Source of the DNA: a virus
Direction: 5' to 3' (one strand)
DNA length: 64,000 bases
IMG/VR virus record: IMGVR_UViG_3300020417_001527
Location: 21,790-85,789 of that record
Part shown: one piece after another, positions 8,924 through 17,686 of the stretch
How the letters are laid out: the number at the start of each line of letters is the position of its first letter
Position numbering within the stretch: the first letter of the stretch is position 1
The notes under the pieces: model-generated
Database searches by the model: none
The model's input: only the letters and a program-made list of their open reading frames with translations
What the model was told of the DNA's origin: nothing
Translations under genes and position numbers: made by a program

Positions 8924-10238
8924 TTTTTTACCTGAAGATTTGTATGACAAACTAGAACGTATGGTTTATGCTTACGAGCCCGAGCCAGACAGTCTGCTTA
9001 ATGCTGAAGATTATGTGTACCCAATGGGTCAAGCACATCTGTCGCCAGGACTGGATGGCTTTCGTGATCTGTGGTACATGCCTGCAAACAAACAATGGTT
9101 GTTGGATCTGCTGGATTGGCCGGCTGACCTAGATGCACAACTGGAAATTAAAATACACATTGATTCCAAAGGCTTTTATCAAAGACCACACAGAGATTTA
9201 AAAGATATTCGTTCACCTCGTGGATACGGCACTCTGCAGATATACTTTGGTTCAGATGAATTGGAAGACACAGGTGCATGGGTACTGGATGCTGATCACA
9301 ACAAAGTTAGGCAGATTCCTTTTCAACGCAACACAGCCTGGTGTTTTAAAGCCACTGATATATCGTGGCATTCAGTGGATCGAATTGAACGTGAAGTAGA
9401 CAGACGCTCCATAATGATTAATGTATTTTCAAGAACAAGAATGTCAGACACCACGCCTGTTGCTGTTACATCAGAAGTAAAACGTAATCCTGTAAAATTT
9501 AAATCGTTTAGAGATCACACTCGTATTGATTTTTGTATAACCACATACTGTCAATCAAAGTGTCCTACCTGTCCTAGAACAGATGCAGAAACACTTGAAC
9601 TTGCAAACTTCATAACATTACAACACATGCCATTTCCTGTGTGGATGGATGTGATTGACAAAGTTGATTGGTCAACAAAAACCATACAGTTTTGTGGTGA
9701 ACATGGTGATCCAATGATGCACCCTGACATAGAAAAATTTATACTGGCAGGCACAGCTCGTGCTTGGCAAGTGATGATAAACACCAATGGTGGCATACGC
9801 AAAAAAGAATGGTATCGCGAAATATACGACAAAGTTGAAGACCAGGATTATGGTGAGCTGTGCTTTACATTTGCCATTGATGGACTAACACAAGAGACCA
9901 ATGAAAAATACAGAATAGATGTTGATTTTGATCGTGCATGGGAAAACTTCTTGACTTGTGCTGAAAATCATAGTAGACTTACGTATTGGGACTTTCTTGT
10001 GTTCGAACACAACTGGCATGAACTTGAAGATGTTATACGCATTGGCAAAGAGCTGGAAGTGAACATGGACATCAAAGTCAATCGCGGCGAACATGGCTTG
10101 CTGGTCAGTGATGAAGGCAAACAGCATGTGAGAAACATACTTGGCATTGATGTTGATGCAGAAGAACAACAGATTGTGGATATACAGGATGCAAAAACAG
10201 TAGCACTATCCAATCTCATGGAGCAGAGCAAACTATGA
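8856..10238 (+). CDS. 2OG-Fe(II) oxygenase / radical SAM fusion protein
   Basis: N-half PHRD...WHSV...RRS (HxD...H, RxS); C-half CQSKCPTC, GEHGDP, NTNGG, FAIDG in one frame. Confidence 0.85.
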   Translation: MLNGIGTEIQKQNPFHYRIWEGNFLPEDLYDKLERMVYAYEPEPDSLLNAEDYVYPMGQAHLSPGLDGFRDLWYMPANKQWLLDLLDWPADLDAQLEIKIHIDSKGFYQRPHRDLKDIRSPRGYGTLQIYFGSDELEDTGAWVLDADHNKVRQIPFQRNTAWCFKATDISWHSVDRIEREVDRRSIMINVFSRTRMSDTTPVAVTSEVKRNPVKFKSFRDHTRIDFCITTYCQSKCPTCPRTDAETLELANFITLQHMPFPVWMDVIDKVDWSTKTIQFCGEHGDPMMHPDIEKFILAGTARAWQVMINTNGGIRKKEWYREIYDKVEDQDYGELCFTFAIDGLTQETNEKYRIDVDFDRAWENFLTCAENHSRLTYWDFLVFEHNWHELEDVIRIGKELEVNMDIKVNRGEHGLLVSDEGKQHVRNILGIDVDAEEQQIVDIQDAKTVALSNLMEQSKL

Positions 10239-10564
10239 AAAAGGTTATCTGTGAAGCAATGAAAGGCAAAGAAATTGATATTGATATCAATTTTAAGATG
10301 TGGCCTTGCTGTATGTATCAAAATATATTTGCAGAATTTGGCAAGACTGGAGATCCATACATAGACTCTCTGCCGGCAGATTGGAATGATACACGAGTAC
10401 ACGGCATTGACAAAATATTAAGGCACTATGCATACACAGAACATTTCAATGACAAGAGTTGGACAGATGAAAAGAAGTGTTCTCCTGTGTGCTATGAAAA
10501 ATGTGCAGAAGGCGGTGAAATGCATTTGAATCATGCACCGTTAAATTTAGATGGCAAAGATTAG
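10235..10564 (+). CDS. stand-alone SPASM/Twitch-like Fe-S domain protein
   Basis: C...WPCC...CYEKC; ATGA overlap with upstream radical SAM. Confidence 0.7.
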   Translation: MKKVICEAMKGKEIDIDINFKMWPCCMYQNIFAEFGKTGDPYIDSLPADWNDTRVHGIDKILRHYAYTEHFNDKSWTDEKKCSPVCYEKCAEGGEMHLNHAPLNLDGKD

Positions 10565-11432
10565 ATTAATGAATGTGCCTAAAAGGCAACTGGGAAAATT
10601 TAGATTTGTAGAAAAGAAAGATATCACAGATCGTTTTGTGTTGCCACAGTGGTGGCGACTGCCCGAATCAGTGAGATGGTCACACACAGCTCGTAACTAT
10701 CAAAAAAGTTATGATGCATGGACGGCCGAGTTTACATTTGATACTCGCAAATACACAGGACAATGGTTGGTAGACTACATTCAGCAACGTGATCCCAATG
10801 GGCTTGTGCTGGATGTTGGTTGTGGATCTAATCCTTACAAAGGTAAGATTAAAAATTTAGTAGGTATGGAGCCAGGCGATTGGGGCAGTAAAGATTTACA
10901 ATGGGATATTATGGGTCATATATACAAGTACGTGGAAGACAACAAATGGGATTGGCTACTTGCAATAGGTCCTCTCAATCATGGTGATACAAATGAAATT
11001 ACTGAAATGCTCACCACCATGCATGGTTGTCTTAAACCAGGTGGTAAACTAGTATGTTTGGTCAAGCCAGCCAATTGGGCTCATCTCAAAGTTGACCCAT
11101 GGAGAGAAAACAGAGGCTTGTGCTATCCGTGGATGAAAGAAAGTATTTACAGATTTGGTGCTCAACAAGATTTTGAACTTGAACTTGCTCCTGTGCTGGA
11201 TGGCACAGATCTTGGCAAACTCACAGATGAAAAATTACAAAAACTTGCTGACATTGAACCATGGGAACACACTCTAAATGGTGCACCACCAGTGGAGACT
11301 GAAGTGCAAGACGGAGACATGTACTCGCAATGGGAAGCGGTACAACGGGAAATAAAACGCAGGAAAGACACACCTGATGCACCCAGCGAAGTTATAAGAC
11401 AGCGTTGGTTTTGGATCTGGAGGAAGTTATGA
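10551..11432 (+). CDS. class I SAM-dependent methyltransferase (paralogue 2 of 4)
   Basis: VLDVGCG, IGPLNHG, LKPGG, C-terminal RWFWIWRK. Confidence 0.85.
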   Translation: MAKIRLMNVPKRQLGKFRFVEKKDITDRFVLPQWWRLPESVRWSHTARNYQKSYDAWTAEFTFDTRKYTGQWLVDYIQQRDPNGLVLDVGCGSNPYKGKIKNLVGMEPGDWGSKDLQWDIMGHIYKYVEDNKWDWLLAIGPLNHGDTNEITEMLTTMHGCLKPGGKLVCLVKPANWAHLKVDPWRENRGLCYPWMKESIYRFGAQQDFELELAPVLDGTDLGKLTDEKLQKLADIEPWEHTLNGAPPVETEVQDGDMYSQWEAVQREIKRRKDTPDAPSEVIRQRWFWIWRKL

Positions 11433-11453
11433 TTGTGTTAAGCAGAAGGAATC

Positions 11454-11831
11454 ATGAATCAACTAGTACCAGTTAAGAAAGGAGCCTTGGTTCCATATAA
11501 AAATAAAAAACCAACTGAAGTACAACCATTTTTACTAGTCGAAGAACGCAAAGTGTTCGAGACACGTGAAGAAATAAAAAGATACTTACCGGACATCTGT
11601 GGCCTAGCATTGGCTCGCAGTTGGCACGACAAAGCGTATATGCACAAATTAGAAACAGATATTTACAACACATTTAAGGAAGGCGGAGTAATACTGCCAG
11701 AAGATACACTATTACAATTTGAAAAAACAAGTGGCCAGAGAGCCAAGATTACAGTATATGAGCAATCTCCTCACAGCAACTTTAAATTAAAAGTTTGCAG
11801 TTTGAGTTTGAACATGATAGCACAAAGGTAA
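11454..11831 (+). CDS. hypothetical protein with nitrile-hydratase-leader (NHLP)-like segment
   Basis: ALARSWHDKAYMHKLETDIYNTFKEGGVILPEDTLLQF resembles the NHLP pattern A(R/K)AWxDxxF...L...G.xLP; AAGGA RBS. Confidence 0.55.
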   Translation: MNQLVPVKKGALVPYKNKKPTEVQPFLLVEERKVFETREEIKRYLPDICGLALARSWHDKAYMHKLETDIYNTFKEGGVILPEDTLLQFEKTSGQRAKITVYEQSPHSNFKLKVCSLSLNMIAQR

Positions 11832-11835
11832 AACA

Positions 11836-12006
11836 ATGTTAATTAATATATTAAAAATAGAAGCAATAGTTATAGGATTATTGATTATTTTGTATTTGAT
11901 GGCATCATTGGCATACATTGGTATGGATTTAGAAATGATGTCCACAGATTATGAAATGGAGAAAATAATGGCAGAAAGGTTGGCAGTAATTGAACCAGGA
12001 AGCTAA
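11836..12006 (+). CDS. small membrane protein (56 aa)
   Basis: Not in ORF track; MLINILKIEAIVIGLLIILYLMASLAYIGMDLEMMSTDYEMEKIMAERLAVIEPGS. Confidence 0.5.
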   Translation: MLINILKIEAIVIGLLIILYLMASLAYIGMDLEMMSTDYEMEKIMAERLAVIEPGS

Positions 12007-12937
12007 TCTAGAACAAAGCGAACAGTATATGTCTGCTTTAAGTAGCGTAAAATCCAAGTTCGATCCAGAAGAAGTAGCTGGCTGGTCACGTGATAAAAGA
12101 CTAGCACAGTTACGTGAACACTTTTCCACTGGACATTCGGATATTATAAGAACAACATCACACACAAAAACAGGCTCAGGCTTTCCAGCCGCCGAAGTAA
12201 TCAATGCAATGAATCCCGATCTGGTGCTTGATCTAGGTTGTGGATTTTCATTGTTTAAAGAACACATACAAGGGTTGATAGGTGTTGACCTACTGCCTTA
12301 CGAAGGCAGAGTTGATCTTGTTATGGATTGTGATGATGCACTAGAACTGTTTCAGGACAATAGCGTAGATGCTATTCGTTGTGTAGGTCCATTCAACTTT
12401 GGCACACAAGAAGAACAGGAAAAACTCATTGGTTTGTGTTATGACAAACTTAAACCCGGAGGTGTAGTCTGTGGACATGCTCGTCCAGGACGCAAAAGCG
12501 ATGCAACAGGATTTAATTCACGTGGTATTATTCACTATCCATGGACAAGAACTGCGGTGCATGAGTTTACTGAACTGTTTGGTTGGGAACTGTGTGACCC
12601 ACACCTAAGTGTGCCAGGCTGGGTGGAACAAAGCGATCACAAGTCACCCATCATCACAGAATGGACAGACCTACGACAGTTGAGCTGGCCACAGTTGAAA
12701 GACTACATGGTGCGTTTCAATCCAGACGATACACCCATTGATGATTTCAACAAATGGTTGGACAGAGAACATGACAACTCAGACATGTTTGATCCTCTGG
12801 AGTATCAAGAAGGACTCAAAGATGCACATGTTAAAGTGCAGAACGAATATTGGCGTAGATTAAAAGATGAACGATTTAACAGGCACATGCACGATGGTGT
12901 GAGACCTCGTTATAATTGGTGGTGGAGGAAACCCTAA
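11990..12937 (+). CDS. class I SAM-dependent methyltransferase (paralogue 3 of 4)
   Basis: VLDLGCG, GVD, CVGPFNFG, LKPGG, RYNWWWRK; true start may be the ATG near 12029. Confidence 0.85.
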   Translation: MNQEANLEQSEQYMSALSSVKSKFDPEEVAGWSRDKRLAQLREHFSTGHSDIIRTTSHTKTGSGFPAAEVINAMNPDLVLDLGCGFSLFKEHIQGLIGVDLLPYEGRVDLVMDCDDALELFQDNSVDAIRCVGPFNFGTQEEQEKLIGLCYDKLKPGGVVCGHARPGRKSDATGFNSRGIIHYPWTRTAVHEFTELFGWELCDPHLSVPGWVEQSDHKSPIITEWTDLRQLSWPQLKDYMVRFNPDDTPIDDFNKWLDREHDNSDMFDPLEYQEGLKDAHVKVQNEYWRRLKDERFNRHMHDGVRPRYNWWWRKP

Positions 12938-13158
12938 TGTACACAGTAGAATTTGAACATGACACATTTGAAATTGTGGTATTGGATGATGGTGGTTATG
13001 AAGATGATTTGCGAGTAGAAATTCAATCAGATGCAGTTTTTATTTCACAATGGAATACTGTGTTGAATGAAGAACAGAATATACGTATTTCGCCACAGAT
13101 GTGGGACGAACTGCTGTCAGCAGTTAAAAGCCCAGAAGGAGCATACATAAAAAGATGA
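12916..13158 (+). CDS. hypothetical protein
   Basis: Coupled ORF; likely start 12937. Confidence 0.55.
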   Translation: MVVEETLMYTVEFEHDTFEIVVLDDGGYEDDLRVEIQSDAVFISQWNTVLNEEQNIRISPQMWDELLSAVKSPEGAYIKR

Positions 13159-13685
13159 TAAAAGATTTTATAAGAACAGTACCAAACTATCCTGTTAAAG
13201 GCGTAAATTTTTATGACTTGAACAGTTTGTTTGCAGGACCAATGTTTAAAACTGTGATTGGTTTGTTGTTGGACAAAGCCACTGCAATGAAAACACCCAC
13301 ACACATCATTGGTGTTGAAAGCAGAGGTTTTGTGTTAGGTTCTGCTGTAGCATATGCAATGGGTCTACCTTTTGTTATGGTACGTAAAAAAGGCGCCAAG
13401 TATCCAGGTAAACTATTAAAAGAATCATACGAACTTGAATATGGTAAAGCAACTCTGGTGCTACAAGAAGGCCTGCTTGGACACACAGACAGATGTATCA
13501 TTGTGGATGATCTGGTTGCCACAGGCGGTTCATTGGGAGCAACAGCAAAGTTGATTGAACAAACAGGTGCAAAAGTATTGGGTGCATTAACTGTTATGGA
13601 TTTGAAATACATACGCAACAATGCAGATTTTGATTATCCAGTACACTCTATAGAAGAAGAATGGAACAATCCGCTTGAACAGTAA
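13155..13685 (+). CDS. apt: adenine phosphoribosyltransferase
   Basis: IRTVPNYPVKGVNFYD, ESRGF, YELEYG, VDDLVATGGS. Confidence 0.93.
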   Translation: MIKDFIRTVPNYPVKGVNFYDLNSLFAGPMFKTVIGLLLDKATAMKTPTHIIGVESRGFVLGSAVAYAMGLPFVMVRKKGAKYPGKLLKESYELEYGKATLVLQEGLLGHTDRCIIVDDLVATGGSLGATAKLIEQTGAKVLGALTVMDLKYIRNNADFDYPVHSIEEEWNNPLEQ

Positions 13686-14313
13686 CGGCATATTGAAACG
13701 TTTGAAAGAACGTTTTGAACAGCAACACGAAGTACGCAAAAGATCACTTGCGTTACACAGGACACTCAGCGGAAGAAAACTGGCAGAAGAAATAGCAGAA
13801 AGCAATCCTACGCTGGTTTTAGATCTTGGCTGTGGCAGTAACGAGTTCAAAAAGATAGTGCCAAATGTTATTGGTGTAGATGTTGCAGAGCTTCCTGAAG
13901 TAGATTTTAAAATGAGCATACAAAATTTTCACAGACGCAAGCCTTTCAAAGAACGTACTGCTGATTGGATTCTGTGCTTTGGACCTTTCAATTATGGCGG
14001 TTCAAAATGGGCCACAGAAATTGGTGAATGTATGAGTTACTACTTGGCAGAACATGGCACCATAGTGTGTCATACTCATCCTACCAACAGTGAAATAGAC
14101 TGGACAGAAGAAAACATAACTACATATGGAAAAGAATTTGGCTTTGTGACAGAAAGTGTACAGATAGGTCACACAGATATTATGACCATGTCCATGGAAG
14201 AACTGGATATTCAACAGGAAGTTGCATCACGTTCTCCTGATATTGCAATGGAATTATCGTTGGGCAAGGATCTTATAAGACCGATGGTGGTATGGCGATG
14301 GAAACACAAGTAA
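13675..14313 (+). CDS. class I SAM-dependent methyltransferase (paralogue 4 of 4)
   Basis: VLDLGCG, GVD, CFGPFNYG, C-terminal VVWRWK. Confidence 0.8.
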   Translation: MNSNGILKRLKERFEQQHEVRKRSLALHRTLSGRKLAEEIAESNPTLVLDLGCGSNEFKKIVPNVIGVDVAELPEVDFKMSIQNFHRRKPFKERTADWILCFGPFNYGGSKWATEIGECMSYYLAEHGTIVCHTHPTNSEIDWTEENITTYGKEFGFVTESVQIGHTDIMTMSMEELDIQQEVASRSPDIAMELSLGKDLIRPMVVWRWKHK

Positions 14314-14750
14314 AAGAAATTACATGGGACACCTGTAAAAAGATATGGGTACATCATCTTTGGAAGGGCAGAAAAGATATCAAAACAATGAGTAGCATGG
14401 CATCTGCCACTGAAACTGATATGGAAATTTATAAGAAATACTTTCCTTATTTCTTTGGTGCTTATGTGGATGGAAAGTTAGCAGGTGTTAATTCAGGACA
14501 TAAAACTTCAGAAACAAATTTTCGTTCTAGAGGATTATATGTGCTGGAAGAGTATCGTAGATTAAACGTTAGCACAGATATATTACAACACACAATAGAT
14601 ACTGCACGTGATATGGGCTGTACCATGTGTTGGACTTTGCCTCGTGAAACAGCATTGCCGGCCTATGAAAAGGTTGGCTTTGTAAAAATGAGTGAATGGT
14701 TTGCTACAGATACCAGTGAAAGTAACTGTTATGCAGAGGTACAATTATGA
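14292..14750 (+). CDS. GNAT-family acetyltransferase
   Basis: RGLYVLEEYRRLNVS motif A, AYEKVGF. Confidence 0.8.
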   Translation: MAMETQVKEITWDTCKKIWVHHLWKGRKDIKTMSSMASATETDMEIYKKYFPYFFGAYVDGKLAGVNSGHKTSETNFRSRGLYVLEEYRRLNVSTDILQHTIDTARDMGCTMCWTLPRETALPAYEKVGFVKMSEWFATDTSESNCYAEVQL

Positions 14751-15724
14751 GTAAAATAGATCGTAAAGAATATCAACGTTATTTTTTAGAAAAAGAATTG
14801 TTTGAACAATCAGATCAACATCAAGATTTAGACTTTGAAGATTATTATCCTGAACAACCATTGGAACCTTATTGGGATTCTCGTTGGTATGGCGGAGACA
14901 ATGAACGATACTTTTCACAGTTTGAACAAGCAGGTTGGATTGGTTGTCAAGGCATGGATTACAAATATGATCATGTCAAACAGGATCGTGTGTGGACACG
15001 TGAAGAAGTAAACTATAATTTAGACAAGCACGGATTACGTTCAAATCACAGACCATCAGCAATGAGCAATAGCACTCGCATACTACACATGGGACAATGC
15101 AACACATTTGGAATGGGTTTAGCATACAAAGACAGTCACCCTGCTCTAACTGCCGAATACACAGGAGGATCACACATCAATCTTTCTCCTTATCATTCAT
15201 TGATGACCATGTGGGAACCACTCAAACATTGGGTAGAAGAATATAAACCCACACACATTATTATCACCAATCCTCGTTTCTTTACAGAATCAGATTACAT
15301 ATATTTGCATTTGTATGAACAGAATGGACATAGAAATGATGCTGTAGAATGGCGTAAAGCACTGGCGGCCATGTATTTAGAAAACAATCGCAACTATGGT
15401 GAATTGTTTTTTGACTATGTTAACACACTCAATATACCCACAGCGTTCTACTTTGAACCCAGCAGACTGTGGAGACATCGTTGGATGAGACACATGAAGC
15501 CACGCAAAAACATGACCATCATGCGTGGAGACTTTAGTTGGGTTGTTGATCTTGCAAGGGATTGTAGACGACCTGGAATTAAATCTCAAATTAATATCGC
15601 AGAACAAATGGCTGATTGGATTGAAAATCCCAAGCCTCAATTGGGTCAATATATTAATCAAAAAGATTGGACATACAAATACCCACCAGTGGGCAAGTAT
15701 GATATAAACACTAACCTAGCTTAG
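14747..15724 (+). CDS. degenerate SGNH-like protein
   Basis: DKHGLRS, GQCNTFG (Ser missing), ARDCRRPG (His missing). Confidence 0.5.
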   Translation: MSKIDRKEYQRYFLEKELFEQSDQHQDLDFEDYYPEQPLEPYWDSRWYGGDNERYFSQFEQAGWIGCQGMDYKYDHVKQDRVWTREEVNYNLDKHGLRSNHRPSAMSNSTRILHMGQCNTFGMGLAYKDSHPALTAEYTGGSHINLSPYHSLMTMWEPLKHWVEEYKPTHIIITNPRFFTESDYIYLHLYEQNGHRNDAVEWRKALAAMYLENNRNYGELFFDYVNTLNIPTAFYFEPSRLWRHRWMRHMKPRKNMTIMRGDFSWVVDLARDCRRPGIKSQINIAEQMADWIENPKPQLGQYINQKDWTYKYPPVGKYDINTNLA

Positions 15725-16472
15725 TGGCCCAAACGTATTTTATCCACCAACCTACTGGATCAAACTGCCACCATTTTTCTTGTGTGGTATATCGCATAGG
15801 CTTTGCATGATGATTGTTATGCCAACCTTCACCTAAACTTATCAATGCTATTAACCAATTGTTGGTTGAATGATCACGTGTGCGATGGTCCTGTGAACCC
15901 CACAGATGATTTATAATAGCATTTCCTCCTATGCCAGCAATGTATCCGTACATGATAGGAAATGAAAACACGATGCCTGCCAGTACTGGATGGTAAGCAA
16001 AAGTAAAAATTAATCCATATGTGTGAATTTTAAAATAATGTTTTTGAATAAATCTTAACTGTTTGTCACGTACAACATCACGCAACATTTTTGGTCGTGC
16101 GTTGAATGTTTTATAATATCCAAAAAACAATTTGTACCATGGTGTGTCTTTGGGACAATGTGGATCATCTTCTTTGTCTGAATTTGCATGATGTATTCTG
16201 TGTACAGCAATAACATGAATAGGTGCACCAGACAATGCTAGTATTCCTAGCCACGACATTATGTTTCTACGTATAGGACCTGTTTCATAGGCTCGATGGC
16301 TCCAGTATCTGTGCCAACCTGCCCATGTGCCTACACCTATTGCAAACAGAGCCCATGCAAAACCTATCCAAAATAAATCCCATCTGTCATTGACAGAGCA
16401 CCAATAGACTGTGTATATTGTTAATGCAATATTTGTAATTAATAATGTTCTTATTTTTGAACCGTAGCTCAT
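15711..16472 (-). CDS. membrane fatty-acid (delta-9-type) desaturase
   Basis: His boxes HRYWSH, HRIHH, GEGWHNNHH; DPH. Confidence 0.92.
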   Translation of the reverse strand: MSYGSKIRTLLITNIALTIYTVYWCSVNDRWDLFWIGFAWALFAIGVGTWAGWHRYWSHRAYETGPIRRNIMSWLGILALSGAPIHVIAVHRIHHANSDKEDDPHCPKDTPWYKLFFGYYKTFNARPKMLRDVVRDKQLRFIQKHYFKIHTYGLIFTFAYHPVLAGIVFSFPIMYGYIAGIGGNAIINHLWGSQDHRTRDHSTNNWLIALISLGEGWHNNHHAKPMRYTTQEKWWQFDPVGWWIKYVWATKLG

Positions 16473-16780
16473 GCACCTGCTTCGTATTCTGATGCTGTTA
16501 CTGTTAACATGTTCATTTGTACTTTGAAATTATAACCTGCTGAAGATTCATTCAACAGTATGTTGCTCCAAACTGAATTGTTATCAATTTGTCCTTTACA
16601 ATACACGGCATTTTTTGCCTGTGCTAGTTTATATTCGATTGAATCAATCAAACTATTGTCAATTTGATTTTGAATAAAATTACGCATGTTGTTGGAAGGA
16701 TCAACATCAGCAAAATAATCATCCACTGTGTTGTAAGGACCTACTCCTAAACATTTTCTGTAATACTGTATTGCCATCAT
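16469..16780 (-). CDS. hypothetical protein
   Basis: AGGAG RBS, TAAATA motif upstream, ATGA coupling to desaturase. Confidence 0.6.
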   Translation of the reverse strand: MMAIQYYRKCLGVGPYNTVDDYFADVDPSNNMRNFIQNQIDNSLIDSIEYKLAQAKNAVYCKGQIDNNSVWSNILLNESSAGYNFKVQMNMLTVTASEYEAGA

Positions 16781-16794
16781 TGTCTCCTGTACTG

Positions 16795-16800
16795 TATTTA
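16795..16800 (-). promoter_or_regulatory. putative late-type promoter motif TAAATA
   Basis: TACTAAATAC just upstream of the 16780 ORF RBS; same hexamer at 35059, 49454 and 54490. Confidence 0.4.
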
Positions 16801-17307
16801 GTATAGCTCATTGGACCAATGTTCACTTGGTTTGGTATATTTTTGTCTGCCCTGTCCTTGTGATGGACCACGCTGTGAAAAATGATGATCCAACATCACA
16901 GCCAGCCCAGCTGGTCTAAGATCCATTTTGCTTTCTTTGTTGTATGCACTTTTACGAGCAACTTCTGTGTGACTCAACAGCATGTCCATGATAACCATGT
17001 GTGAACTTGCAGGTTTAGGCATACGGTCTAAACAATGAGCACCAAACACAGCAATACGAATTGTGTCGTTAAACTGCCAAAGATCTATTGCTTCAATGTA
17101 TGACTCTTCCAGACTGGGCATGGATTTGTCTGCTGTCATTATCACACAATCAGGATAATAAGGATAGACAGTTTTTAAAAAATGCTGTGCATGTTTGTAC
17201 TCAGGTAACAGTACAAAATTTTTACTCGGTATCGTGTATTTTGCTTTGTTCAAGTAGTTTCTTCTTTTCTTCTTGTTGTATCCATTTTTCACGGAAGTCG
17301 TATACAT
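16798..17307 (-). CDS. hypothetical protein
   Basis: ORF track; start uncertain. Confidence 0.5.
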   Translation of the reverse strand: MYTTSVKNGYNKKKRRNYLNKAKYTIPSKNFVLLPEYKHAQHFLKTVYPYYPDCVIMTADKSMPSLEESYIEAIDLWQFNDTIRIAVFGAHCLDRMPKPASSHMVIMDMLLSHTEVARKSAYNKESKMDLRPAGLAVMLDHHFSQRGPSQGQGRQKYTKPSEHWSNELY

Positions 17308-17485
17308 TGTCCGACTTTATTAAACTGATAATTGAGTTTGTCAAGTCTACTTCTCTGCTCAGCATACTGATTTTTTTGGTTAACTTGATTAACTCATCTT
17401 GATAAAATTCTAATTCTTTTTCTTTGCGTAATTTTTGTTCAATGAACTCTGATATTAATATCAGTTTTGCATCATCATCGACCAT
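17222..17485 (-). CDS. hypothetical coiled-coil protein
   Basis: ORF track; helical charged composition. Confidence 0.55.
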   Translation of the reverse strand: MVDDDAKLILISEFIEQKLRKEKELEFYQDELIKLTKKISMLSREVDLTNSIISLIKSDNVYDFREKWIQQEEKKKLLEQSKIHDTE

Positions 17486-17486
17486 A

Positions 17487-17684
17487 TTAGTTCCCTACAT
17501 CTTCGCCTAAACCTACGCATATATAACCTTTGTGATATTCGTACGAACCTGTTAAAAACATTTGTCTGCCTTCAGCCGCCATTTGGCAACTTGGTTTGTA
17601 ATCATATCTTGCTTCTTCAGTTACTGTGAATGTTCCATTTGCTTCTGCTGTAACCAACAGTAGCAACCACCATGTTTTGCCCAT
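17487..17684 (-). CDS. small hypothetical protein (hydrophobic N-terminus, two Cys)
   Basis: Similar layout to 45872 and 59359 ORFs. Confidence 0.55.
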   Translation of the reverse strand: MGKTWWLLLLVTAEANGTFTVTEEARYDYKPSCQMAAEGRQMFLTGSYEYHKGYICVGLGEDVGN

Positions 17685-17686
17685 CT

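Noticed and set aside
10230-10240. Sequencing frameshift explaining the split radical SAM/SPASM genes
   Set aside because: The same split with a clean ATGA overlap occurs again at 41678-41681.
6436-14313. DNA methyltransferases or restriction-modification system
   Set aside because: No DPPY/NPPY or PCQ catalytic motifs, and no nuclease partner.
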